Origin: Clostridia bacterium | GTDB lineage: Bacteria; Bacillota; Clostridia; Christensenellales; Borkfalkiaceae | Length of the DNA stretch: 42,777 bases | Assembly: GCA_017414525.1 (NCBI GenBank) | Contig: JAFQLO010000008.1 | Span: 1-42,777 of the forward strand | Reading direction: 5' to 3' | Part shown: in pieces, positions 33,125-40,863 of the stretch | Layout: each line of letters opens with the position of its first letter | Position numbering within the stretch: position 1 is the first letter of the stretch | Made by a program: the position numbers and the translations under genes | Notes under the pieces: generated by a model | Database searches by the model: none | What the model was told of the DNA's origin: nothing | Seen by the model: the letters and a program-made list of their open reading frames with translations, nothing else

Positions 33125-35809
33125 TTATTTGTGATGGTGCGTTTTGATAAAGCCTACGGCTTTTGCAACTTCCATTACGAGAATGGGGAGGAGCGAAAGA
33201 CCGAGTCCGATTAAATACATCCACCACTGAAGTGAAATCATTCCAAATACGTTTACTACACCGGGAACGAATAGAACGAACGCGGTAAGTGCCGTACAAG
33301 CAAGGAGCGAAAGGTTCATAGTCTTGTTTGAGAAGAAACCAACCTTAAAGAGTGAGTGCGAAGAACGCATATTAAGTGCTTGAACGAGCTGGCTCATTGC
33401 AAGGACCATAAACGCCATCGTGCTCCCAGCCTCGTGGTTGAGAAGTCCAGTAGTTGGATCTTTCATTAAAACTGACGCCAAGATATAACCCGTTAGAGTG
33501 GTAATAGTTAGAAGTATACCGTTAAGTCCTATCTTTACGCCAAGGCCGTGAGCAAATAAACTTTCGTTCTTTGATTTAGGTTTATGGAACATAATGTCCT
33601 TTTCAACCGCTTCCATACCCAGCGCGACGGCGGGGAGGGAGTCTGTAACGAGGTTAATCCAAAGAAGTTGGATAGGGATAAAGGGGTTTCCAAGCCCTGC
33701 AATAGAGCCTAGAATTACCGTTGAGATAAATACTACCAAAACTTCCGCTAGGTTAGTTGAGAGCAAGAATCCAACGACCTTTTTAATGTTTTCAAATATG
33801 CCTCTGCCTTCTTTAACCGCTTCAACGATAGTTGCAAAGTTATCGTCGGTAAGAGTCATATCTGCTGCGCCTTTAGCAACGTCTGTACCAGTAATACCCA
33901 TTGCGCAACCGATATCCGCTGCTTTTAGTGCGGGAGCGTCGTTTACGCCGTCACCAGTCATTGATACGACTTCGCCTTTCTTCTGCCAAGCTTTTACGAT
34001 TCTAATCTTGTTTTCGGGAGAAACTCTTGCGTAAACGGAGATGTTTCTTACCTCTCTATCAAGTTCTTCATCGCTCATTTCGTCAAGTTCAGCGCCAGTA
34101 ATCGCTTTGTCGCCGTCTAAAAATATTCCGAGTTCTTTCGCGATTGCAGTTGCCGTTATAATGTGGTCACCAGTAATCATTACGGGTTTAATGCCCGCTT
34201 GACGACAGGTTGCAACGGCTACTTTACATTCAGGTCTTGGCGGGTCAATCATACCGACTAAGCCGACGAAGGTAAGTTCGTTTTCAAGTTCTTCAAACGA
34301 GGGGTTAGCGGGAACTTCGTCTAGTTCTTTATAGGCAACAGCCAAAACACGGAGGGCGTTTGAACTCATCTCGTCACAAGCGGTTTTTGCCTTTTCTATA
34401 TCGCCCTTAACCGTTCTCTTTGCGATAACGTCGAACGCGCCCTTAACGATTGCTATGGGCTTACCGTTAACCATATTGATAGTGGTCATAAGTTTTCTAT
34501 CTGAGTCAAAGGGAAGTTCGCCGACTCTGGGGCTTGCCGCGTTAAGTTGGTCTTGAACGCCGCCAGCTTTATGCGCAGCTAAAACGATTGCCGTTTCGGT
34601 GGGATCGCCTAAATGCTTTTCCGCACCGTCCTCAAATACTACTTTACCGTCCGAGCAGAGGCTACCGTAACAAAGCATCTTATAAGTTTCACCCTCGGCA
34701 CTTCCGTTAAAGTCGGTAATCTCTCCGCCGTCAACGTAAGTTTTAACGAGAGTCATTCTGTTTTGGGTAAGAGTACCAGTTTTATCAGAGCAAATAACCG
34801 ACGAACTGCCGAGCGTTTCAACTGCGGGAAGTCTTCTTATTATAGCGTTTCTCTTTACCATACGCTGAACGCCGATAGATAAAACTATGGTAACTACTGC
34901 GGGTAAGCCCTCAGGTATTGCGGAAACTGCTAGGGAGATAGCAGACATAAACGAGCCGATTATGTTGGTAAAATCAAGTCCGTCTCTAACTAGTTGAACG
35001 ATGAACATAACGCCACAAATAGCGAGAACGAGAATACCTAGCATACTGCCGAGCTTTGCAAGTTTTTCTTGGAGGGGAGTTTTGGTTTCTTCTTCGTTTG
35101 CCAAAATTCCTGCGATTTTACCCATTTCGGTGTTCATACCGATAGCGGTTACTACTGCGAGCGCAGTACCGTAAGTAATAGAGCAACCAGAGAAAACCAT
35201 ATTCGTTCTATCACCGATAGGCGCTTTTTCTTTTATAACTGCATCAGCGAACTTTTCAGAGGGAACTGATTCACCGGTAAGTGCAGATTCTTCCGACTTT
35301 AAGTTTACGCTTTTAAGAAGTCTTGCGTCAGCGGGGACGAAGTCGCCTGCTTCAAGTTTAATTATATCGCCGGGAACGAGTTCTGACGACATAATAATCT
35401 TTTCTACGCCGTTACGGATAACCCTAGCGTGTGGGGCAGACATATTTTTTAAGGCGTCTAGCGCTTTTTCCGCTTTGCTTTCTTGAACCACGCCCATACT
35501 CGCGTTGATTAGAACGATTGCAAGAATTAAGAAGGGTTCTATCATTTCAACTGGATCAAAGCCGTGGGTTACGCCGTCGTAAATTGCTACGCCGAGCGAG
35601 ATAGCGGCTGCGATGAGAAGAATAATAATCATCGCGTCTTTGAACTGGTTAAAGAACCGTTCTAAAAAGGTCTTTTTTTTCTTTTCTTCGAGTTTGTTGA
35701 GTCCGTGTTTTTCTCTTAACGCTAAGACTTTTTCGTCGGTAAGACCGAGCGAAGAGTCAGTTTCTAGAGCCTTCAACACTTCTTCACTACTAGTTGAATG
35801 TGCAATCAA
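33125..35809 (-). CDS. P-type Ca2+-transporting ATPase (P2A, YloB/LMCA1-like)
   Basis: Motifs CSDKTGTLTQNRM, TGDGVNDAPALK, TM4 IPEGLPAVVT and TM6 NLVTDSLPAVALG, which resembles the Ca-ATPase NLVTDGLPA. 894 aa. Confidence 0.9.
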   Translation of the reverse strand: MIAHSTSSEEVLKALETDSSLGLTDEKVLALREKHGLNKLEEKKKKTFLERFFNQFKDAMIIILLIAAAISLGVAIYDGVTHGFDPVEMIEPFLILAIVLINASMGVVQESKAEKALDALKNMSAPHARVIRNGVEKIIMSSELVPGDIIKLEAGDFVPADARLLKSVNLKSEESALTGESVPSEKFADAVIKEKAPIGDRTNMVFSGCSITYGTALAVVTAIGMNTEMGKIAGILANEEETKTPLQEKLAKLGSMLGILVLAICGVMFIVQLVRDGLDFTNIIGSFMSAISLAVSAIPEGLPAVVTIVLSIGVQRMVKRNAIIRRLPAVETLGSSSVICSDKTGTLTQNRMTLVKTYVDGGEITDFNGSAEGETYKMLCYGSLCSDGKVVFEDGAEKHLGDPTETAIVLAAHKAGGVQDQLNAASPRVGELPFDSDRKLMTTINMVNGKPIAIVKGAFDVIAKRTVKGDIEKAKTACDEMSSNALRVLAVAYKELDEVPANPSFEELENELTFVGLVGMIDPPRPECKVAVATCRQAGIKPVMITGDHIITATAIAKELGIFLDGDKAITGAELDEMSDEELDREVRNISVYARVSPENKIRIVKAWQKKGEVVSMTGDGVNDAPALKAADIGCAMGITGTDVAKGAADMTLTDDNFATIVEAVKEGRGIFENIKKVVGFLLSTNLAEVLVVFISTVILGSIAGLGNPFIPIQLLWINLVTDSLPAVALGMEAVEKDIMFHKPKSKNESLFAHGLGVKIGLNGILLTITTLTGYILASVLMKDPTTGLLNHEAGSTMAFMVLAMSQLVQALNMRSSHSLFKVGFFSNKTMNLSLLACTALTAFVLFVPGVVNVFGMISLQWWMYLIGLGLSLLPILVMEVAKAVGFIKTHHHK

Positions 35810-35950
35810 AATAAAACCTCCTAAAAATATATAATGTTTATAATTGGAATTATTATAGCAGATAAAAATCGTTTTGTCTTGTAAAAATATGTATTTTTTT
35901 AAAACTCAACAATATTTGATTTTTTTCCTTGCCTTTTAGAAACTTACTCG

Positions 35951-35979
35951 TTGACAAAACTTGCGCTTTTTGTTATACT
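35951..35979 (+). promoter_or_regulatory. Candidate sigma-A promoter of the DUF1538 operon
   Basis: TTGACA-17 nt-TATACT. The ORF-track start at 35951 is actually this -35 box. Confidence 0.6.
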
Positions 35980-36007
35980 AAATCAAATGCTAAAAGGAGG
36001 TAACGAG

Positions 36008-37546
36008 GTGAAAAAAAGGATTGGTTTTATCAGAAGAGATAGAACTATTATTTCTGAAAAAGTTAAAGAGGCTTTTTCTTCCGTTTTACCTATTACGGTA
36101 ATAGTCTTAATATTATGTTTCACCATCGTTCCTATCGAGAGCGGGGTTTTTCTCGCTTTCATTTTGGGTGCACTTTTGGTTATCGTTGGAATGGGGCTAT
36201 TTACTCTAGGTGCTGATACCGCGATGACGCCTATCGGTGAGTACGTGGGTACTACCGTTATGAGTTCTAAAAAACTATGGATTATTGCTCCCGTATGCTT
36301 TATCGTTGGCGTACTTATAACCATTTCTGAACCCGACCTTCAAGTGCTCGCAAACCAACTTTCCCAAACGATTGATAACTGGACGCTAATTCTCGCCGTA
36401 GGCGTGGGTGTGGGCGTGTTTTTGGTTATTGCTTTTTTGCGTATAGTATTAAAAATAAAACTTTCCTACCTTTTAATTGGTTCGTATATTGCTGTGTTTA
36501 CCTTATCGTTTTTCGTTCCGGAAACCTTCGTTCCGTTAGCGTTTGATGCGGGCGGAGTTACTACTGGGCCGATGAGCGTTCCCTTTATTATTGCTATCGG
36601 TGTGGGCGTTGCGGCAATGCGCAGCGACAAAGGCGCGGAAACCGACGGCTTTGGATTGACTGCTCTTTGCTCGGTTGGACCTATTCTTGCAGTTATGATT
36701 TTGGGGATAATTTTTCAGCCTGAAAGTATAGTTCCCCCGAAAAACGATCCTATTAACGTACCCGATTCGAGAGCGCTTTTAAGCGCGTTTGGAAGTGCTC
36801 TCCCGCACTATATGCAAGAGGTGGGTATCGCACTTTTACCGATAGTAGCGTTCTTTTTGGTGTTTAGATTTTTTGGGCAAAAGATTTCTAAGCACGATTT
36901 TATAAGAATTTTAATCGGTGTGCTATATACTTACGTGGGGTTAGTGCTCTTCCTCCTTGGTGTAAACGTAGGATTCTTGCCAGTCGGCAGTTATTTGGGG
37001 GCGGCGATAGGTAATCTCGATTATAACTGGATTATTATTCCTATCGGTATGGTTATAGGTTACTTTGTCGTAGCAGCAGAACCCGCAGTTCACGTTTTAA
37101 CCAAGCAAGTGTATGAAATAACTTCTGGTTCTATCCCTAAAAAGGCACTTAGAACTAGCCTTATGATAGGCGTTGCCGTGTCGGTAGGGCTCGCGATGTC
37201 AAGAATAATTTTTAATATTCCGATTATGTATTTTTTAATACCAGGATATTTAATATCAATAGTGTTAACATTTTTTGTTCCCGATATATTCACGGCTATC
37301 GCATTCGACTCGGGCGGTGTAGCATCGGGTGCGATGACAGCTAGTTTTTTGCTTCCGCTTGCACTCGGCGTGTGCTCGTCGGTTGGCGGAAATATCGCTA
37401 CTCAAGGCTTTGGCGTGGTCGCAATGGTTGCAATGACACCGCTTATAACCATTCAAATTTTAGGACTTGTTTATAAGCTCAAAATGGCAAAACTCAAAAA
37501 GAAAGAGTTGGAAAAATCTTCAGCAGAAGAAGATATTATCGCGTAA
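36008..37546 (+). CDS. DUF1538-type polytopic membrane protein with an internal duplication
   Basis: Start GTG 36008, 7 nt after AAAGGAGG. The two halves each carry the motif AFD(A/S)GGV(T/A)(T/S)G(P/A)M(S/T) (PLAFDAGGVTTGPMSVPF and AIAFDSGGVASGAMTASF). About 12 or more hydrophobic helices. The family name is from memory. Confidence 0.7.
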   Translation: MKKRIGFIRRDRTIISEKVKEAFSSVLPITVIVLILCFTIVPIESGVFLAFILGALLVIVGMGLFTLGADTAMTPIGEYVGTTVMSSKKLWIIAPVCFIVGVLITISEPDLQVLANQLSQTIDNWTLILAVGVGVGVFLVIAFLRIVLKIKLSYLLIGSYIAVFTLSFFVPETFVPLAFDAGGVTTGPMSVPFIIAIGVGVAAMRSDKGAETDGFGLTALCSVGPILAVMILGIIFQPESIVPPKNDPINVPDSRALLSAFGSALPHYMQEVGIALLPIVAFFLVFRFFGQKISKHDFIRILIGVLYTYVGLVLFLLGVNVGFLPVGSYLGAAIGNLDYNWIIIPIGMVIGYFVVAAEPAVHVLTKQVYEITSGSIPKKALRTSLMIGVAVSVGLAMSRIIFNIPIMYFLIPGYLISIVLTFFVPDIFTAIAFDSGGVASGAMTASFLLPLALGVCSSVGGNIATQGFGVVAMVAMTPLITIQILGLVYKLKMAKLKKKELEKSSAEEDIIA

Positions 37547-37556
37547 GGAGGAGAGT

Positions 37557-38237
37557 ATGTTAGGACTTAAATATTTAGTAGTGATAACGAAAAGAGAATA
37601 TTCCGAACAATACCTTGAATTTTTCCACGATAAAGGCGTGAATATGGTCGTTACCCGTCTTTGTACGGGTACTGCAAGCGATTCTATGTTAGACTTATTA
37701 GGCGTTGAGAAAACGGAAAAGACGATGTTTTCAGCAGTCGTTCCAGACGATCTCGTTGATGGAATAAAAGAAGGACTAGTTGACAGAATGGATATCGAGG
37801 CTGCTGGAAACGGTATCGCAGTATTTATACAAGTAGACGGCGTTGGCGGAGCAACGTCACTTAAAAATCTCGTAGGTGATAAAGAGATTGAAAAAAAGGA
37901 GAAAGAGGATATGTCTGAAGAAAAGAAATCCGTTTTAATAATTACGATAGTGGATAAAGGTTATAACGATCAAGTTATGGACGCTGCAAGAGCGGCAGGC
38001 GCGGGTGGTGGCACCGTCGTTAGAGCGAAGGGAACTGGTGCGGAAATAGCTAAATTTTTCGGCGTTTCCATAAGCGAAGAAAAGGAGATGGTTTATATCG
38101 TTGCGTCTGGCGATATGCGTGACGGCATTATGAAAGCTATTATGGAAAAGGCGGGTGCAAATACCGACGCTCACGGAATAGTGTTCTCCATTCCCGTTGA
38201 TAGCGTTTTAGGCATTAGGAGTTTGGAAAGGGCGTAG
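37557..38237 (+). CDS. Fused tandem P-II-like signalling protein (two GlnB-like domains, shortened T-loops)
   Basis: Start ATG 37557, 6 nt after AAGGAGG. The second half (VLIITIVDKGYNDQVMDAARAAGAGGGTVVRAKGTG...MVYIVASGD...) resembles the P-II fold signature. The first half has the same beta-alpha-beta layout (YLVVITKREYSEQYLEFFHDKGVNMVVTRLCTGT...). An acidic linker, EKKEKEDMSEEKK, joins them. Confidence 0.6.
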   Translation: MLGLKYLVVITKREYSEQYLEFFHDKGVNMVVTRLCTGTASDSMLDLLGVEKTEKTMFSAVVPDDLVDGIKEGLVDRMDIEAAGNGIAVFIQVDGVGGATSLKNLVGDKEIEKKEKEDMSEEKKSVLIITIVDKGYNDQVMDAARAAGAGGGTVVRAKGTGAEIAKFFGVSISEEKEMVYIVASGDMRDGIMKAIMEKAGANTDAHGIVFSIPVDSVLGIRSLERA

Positions 38238-38238
38238 T

Positions 38239-38715
38239 ATGGAAAAACCATTAAGTTCGGCGGCTTACAAGGCGGAAGTTGAGCGCAAAGGCGTTATCGC
38301 TTTCGTTCCAAACGGCGTAAGCATGTGGCCGATATTAAAAAATCACGGTCAATCAGTCGTGGTGGAAAAGAAAACTTCTCGTTTAAAGAAGTACGACGTG
38401 GCTTTCTACGCAAGGGAAAGTGGAGCGTGCGTCCTTCATCGCGTAATGGAGGTAACTGACGACGGTTACGTTATGTGCGGGGATAGTCAGTTTACGCTGG
38501 AAAGAGTCAAAGAAGAGCAAGTTTTCGGCGTTATGACGGGCTTTTATAAAAAAGACGAGTACGTGCCAGCAGACTCTGAAAAATACCTTAAAAAGGTTGA
38601 GAAGTATTATAAGAGAAAACTTCTTAGAAAGATTAGGATTAAGGGTTTTATGTTTGTTTGGCGAGTAAAAAACAAACTAAAAAGTATTTTTAAAAAAGGT
38701 AAGAAAAATGTTTGA
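38239..38715 (+). CDS. S24/S26-family peptidase-like protein, Ser/His (SipW/Sec11-like) signature, no membrane anchor
   Basis: The motif NGVSMWPIL corresponds to the SMxP nucleophile box. VLHRVMEV sits where S26A enzymes have KRV, as in the ER/archaeal-type HRV box. A CGDSQ box is also present. No N-terminal TM helix. Very basic C-terminal tail. Confidence 0.5.
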   Translation: MEKPLSSAAYKAEVERKGVIAFVPNGVSMWPILKNHGQSVVVEKKTSRLKKYDVAFYARESGACVLHRVMEVTDDGYVMCGDSQFTLERVKEEQVFGVMTGFYKKDEYVPADSEKYLKKVEKYYKRKLLRKIRIKGFMFVWRVKNKLKSIFKKGKKNV

Positions 38716-39967
38716 TTTGAAATCGTTGTGTGAAAAGGCAAAGGTGGCGGCTGGTAGCGTTAGGCAACTCTCTGACGAAAAGATTGAGAAAACGTTGTTG
38801 CTCGCTGCTAAACTTCTTCGTGAAAATAAAGAGTATCTTATGTCTGAAAACGCAGAAGACGTAAAAAACGCTGAGGAAAAGGGCGCGAGTGCAGCGTTTA
38901 TAGATAGATTAACCCTAACTGAGAAGGTTATCTTTGGAATGGCTGAGGGGTTAGAGCAAGTCGCAACCTTAAAATCCCCAGTTGGTAACGTTCTATATTC
39001 CTACGAAAATAAAGAACAAGGGATTAGTATAGTTAAAAAAGCCGTGCCTTTCGGGGTTGTTGGGATTATTTACGAGTCACGCCCGAACGTTACGGCAGAT
39101 GCGTTTGCACTTTGCTTTAAGACCTCAAACGCAGTTATTTTAAAGGGCGGTAGCGATTCGCTTAAATCTAACGTAGCAATAGTAAAAGTTCTAAGAAAAG
39201 CTCTGGTAGAGATGGGAGTGGACGAATACGCTATCTCCGTTATAGAAGACACTTCGCACGAAACTACTAAGGAGTTTATGCGTATGAATAAATACGTTGA
39301 CCTTCTTATTCCTCGCGGAAGCGCAAGGCTCATTAACGCAGCGGTTGAGAATTCCACCATTCCTATTATTGAAACGGGAACTGGTAATTGCCACGTTTAC
39401 GTTGATAAGAGTGCGGACGTGGATATGGCGGCGGAAGTAATCTTCAATGCGAAAACCCAAAGATATAGCGTTTGTAACGCTTGCGAATCGCTCGTTATTC
39501 ACTCAAAAGTTTTAGAAAAAGCACTTCCCGCTATTGCCGAAAAACTTAAAACCAAACAAGTGGAAATAAGATGTGACGACAGGGCGCTTAAAGCGATTCC
39601 CGATTATTCATATTTGACTAAGGCTACCGAGGAAGACTTTTATACCGAGTACGGCGGTGCGATAATTTCCGTAAAAACGGTTGATTCTCTCGACGAGGCT
39701 ATCGCTCATATCAACGAACATAGCACCAAACACTCCGAGTCAATTATAACCGCTGATAACGAGGCGGCGGAAAAGTTCTTAAATGCAATAGATTCTTCGT
39801 CTGTATATATGAACGCCTCAACACGCTTTACTGACGGTTTCGTTTTTGGGCTTGGCGCGGAAATAGGGATTTCCACACAGAAACTTCACGCAAGAGGTCC
39901 TATGGGGCTTGACGCGCTAGTTACTTCAAAATATTTCGTAGTTGGCAACGGTTCTGTTAGAAAATAA
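38708..39967 (+). CDS. proA: Gamma-glutamyl phosphate reductase
   Basis: 419 aa aldehyde-dehydrogenase-like protein with typical ProA blocks (VGIIYESRPNVT, NAVILKGGS, and the catalytic Cys context QRYSVCNACESLVIH). It overlaps the previous gene by 8 nt (ATGTTTGA). Confidence 0.85.
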   Translation: MFDLKSLCEKAKVAAGSVRQLSDEKIEKTLLLAAKLLRENKEYLMSENAEDVKNAEEKGASAAFIDRLTLTEKVIFGMAEGLEQVATLKSPVGNVLYSYENKEQGISIVKKAVPFGVVGIIYESRPNVTADAFALCFKTSNAVILKGGSDSLKSNVAIVKVLRKALVEMGVDEYAISVIEDTSHETTKEFMRMNKYVDLLIPRGSARLINAAVENSTIPIIETGTGNCHVYVDKSADVDMAAEVIFNAKTQRYSVCNACESLVIHSKVLEKALPAIAEKLKTKQVEIRCDDRALKAIPDYSYLTKATEEDFYTEYGGAIISVKTVDSLDEAIAHINEHSTKHSESIITADNEAAEKFLNAIDSSSVYMNASTRFTDGFVFGLGAEIGISTQKLHARGPMGLDALVTSKYFVVGNGSVRK

Positions 39968-39978
39968 CATTTAGTGAA

Positions 39979-40016
39979 AGAGAATGACAAAAATATAGTC
40001 ATTCTCTTAATTTTTT
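39979..40016 (+). terminator. Rho-independent terminator after proA
   Basis: AGAGAATGAC-aaaaatata-GTCATTCTCTtaaTTTTTT. Confidence 0.8.
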
Positions 40017-40059
40017 GTGAAAAATTTTCAAATATTTTGCTTTTGGGTGTCTTAAACCG

Positions 40060-40088
40060 TTGACAAGAGTATGGCAAGGTATTATAAT
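40060..40088 (+). promoter_or_regulatory. Perfect consensus sigma-A promoter
   Basis: TTGACA-17 nt-TATAAT read directly from the sequence. The -35 box overlaps a TTAAACCGTTGAC copy of the palindromic box repeated downstream. Confidence 0.7.
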
Positions 40089-40204
40089 ATAATCGAAAAT
40101 TCAAAGGAGTTTTCAACACAACTTAATAAGTTATGCCTTAACAAGTTAAGTGAGTATGCTCGTTCACAAAAACGATAATACCGAGCGGGCGAGGGAGGTG
40201 TGAC

Positions 40205-40297
40205 GTGAAAAAATTCTTTGAAGAATGCTTAAAGATGTATGACAAAGTTGGTTTCATTGATTTGATGATGATGACCGCTAACGAAGAAAGAATTTAA
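40205..40297 (+). CDS. Candidate 30-aa small protein or leader peptide
   Basis: GGGAGG lies 6 nt upstream of GTG 40205. Product: MKKFFEECLKMYDKVGFIDLMMMTANEERI. It is bracketed by a consensus promoter and a terminator. Coding status is unproven. Confidence 0.4.
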   Translation: MKKFFEECLKMYDKVGFIDLMMMTANEERI

Positions 40298-40333
40298 GCA
40301 ACAGGAAAAGAAAGATTAAACTTTCTTAGGGTA

Positions 40334-40372
40334 CTCTTGGTTCAATGGTGAATCGAGGGGCTTTTTCTTTTT
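40334..40372 (+). terminator. Rho-independent terminator of the mini-transcript
   Basis: CTCTTGGTTCA-atgg-TGAATCGAGGG: an 11-bp stem with 3 G-U pairs, followed by gcTTTTTCTTTTT. Confidence 0.65.
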
Positions 40373-40755
40373 AAACGGTTGAAATACTTCGCATCTCTTC
40401 GTTCTGCTGCGTGCTGCTCGGGTTACGTACAGACGTACGCGCCCCTTCGCAGTACTCGCGAGCCTTGACCTGCTCGCATTTGAACCGTTTAAGGATAAAC
40501 CGAGTCTTGAACTGCTTACTTCTAAACCGTTTAATGATGTAGTACGCGCACTTCGGAAAATACTCGAACCGCACGTCTTGCTTGTATCTCCACTGTTTAA
40601 GGGTGGAGAGAGCCTTGCCTAACTTGCTTTTAAACCGTTTAATGATGTAGTACGCGCCCCGTCGCGGTACTCGCTCGTCTCGACCTGCTAGTATTTGAAC
40701 CGCTTAAGTGTGGAGAGGGGCTTGAACTGCTTGCCTCTAAACCGTTTATTGTTAA
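40371..40755. repeat. About 3.5 degenerate tandem copies of a 107-108-bp unit carrying TTAAACCGTTTAA-type palindromic boxes
   Basis: A perfect 27-nt direct repeat, TAAACCGTTTAATGATGTAGTACGCGC, occurs at 40523-40549 and 40631-40657. GTACGCGCCCCnTCGCnGTACTCGC occurs at 40435 and 40650. CTTGAACTGCTTnCnTCTAAACCGTTTA occurs at 40506 and 40721. Seven 13-mer boxes are present, and the one at 40630-40642 is a perfect 6-1-6 palindrome. Confidence 0.8.
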
Positions 40756-40802
40756 ACATTAGAAAATATCAAAGGGAATATTCGTTTTTGCGTTAAAAGC
40801 AC

Positions 40803-40831
40803 TTGACGACAATTTTGATTTGAGTTATAAT
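40803..40831 (+). promoter_or_regulatory. Candidate sigma-A promoter of the PHP-domain gene
   Basis: TTGACG-17 nt-TATAAT, 33 nt upstream of ATG 40864. Confidence 0.6.
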
Positions 40832-40863
40832 TTTATCGTAAAATAACTATAAAGGGGCAGTTT

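Noticed and set aside
33594-35834. Plus-strand ORFs inside the Ca-ATPase gene (33594..34034, 34613..34882, 35069..35269, 35613..35834)
   Set aside because: They are antisense to a full-length P-type ATPase that has all the canonical motifs. They are artefacts of the coding strand's composition.
40371-40574. 67-aa minus-strand ORF across the tandem repeat
   Set aside because: It is generated by the repeat sequence itself. The product is Arg/Lys/Phe-rich and low-complexity, and there is no ribosome-binding site.
40371-40755. Possible CRISPR array, because short motifs recur at regular spacing
   Set aside because: The segments between the recurring motifs are themselves conserved between copies, so this is a true tandem repeat of about 108 bp. 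There are no unique spacers and the repeat copies are degenerate. No cas genes are in the window.
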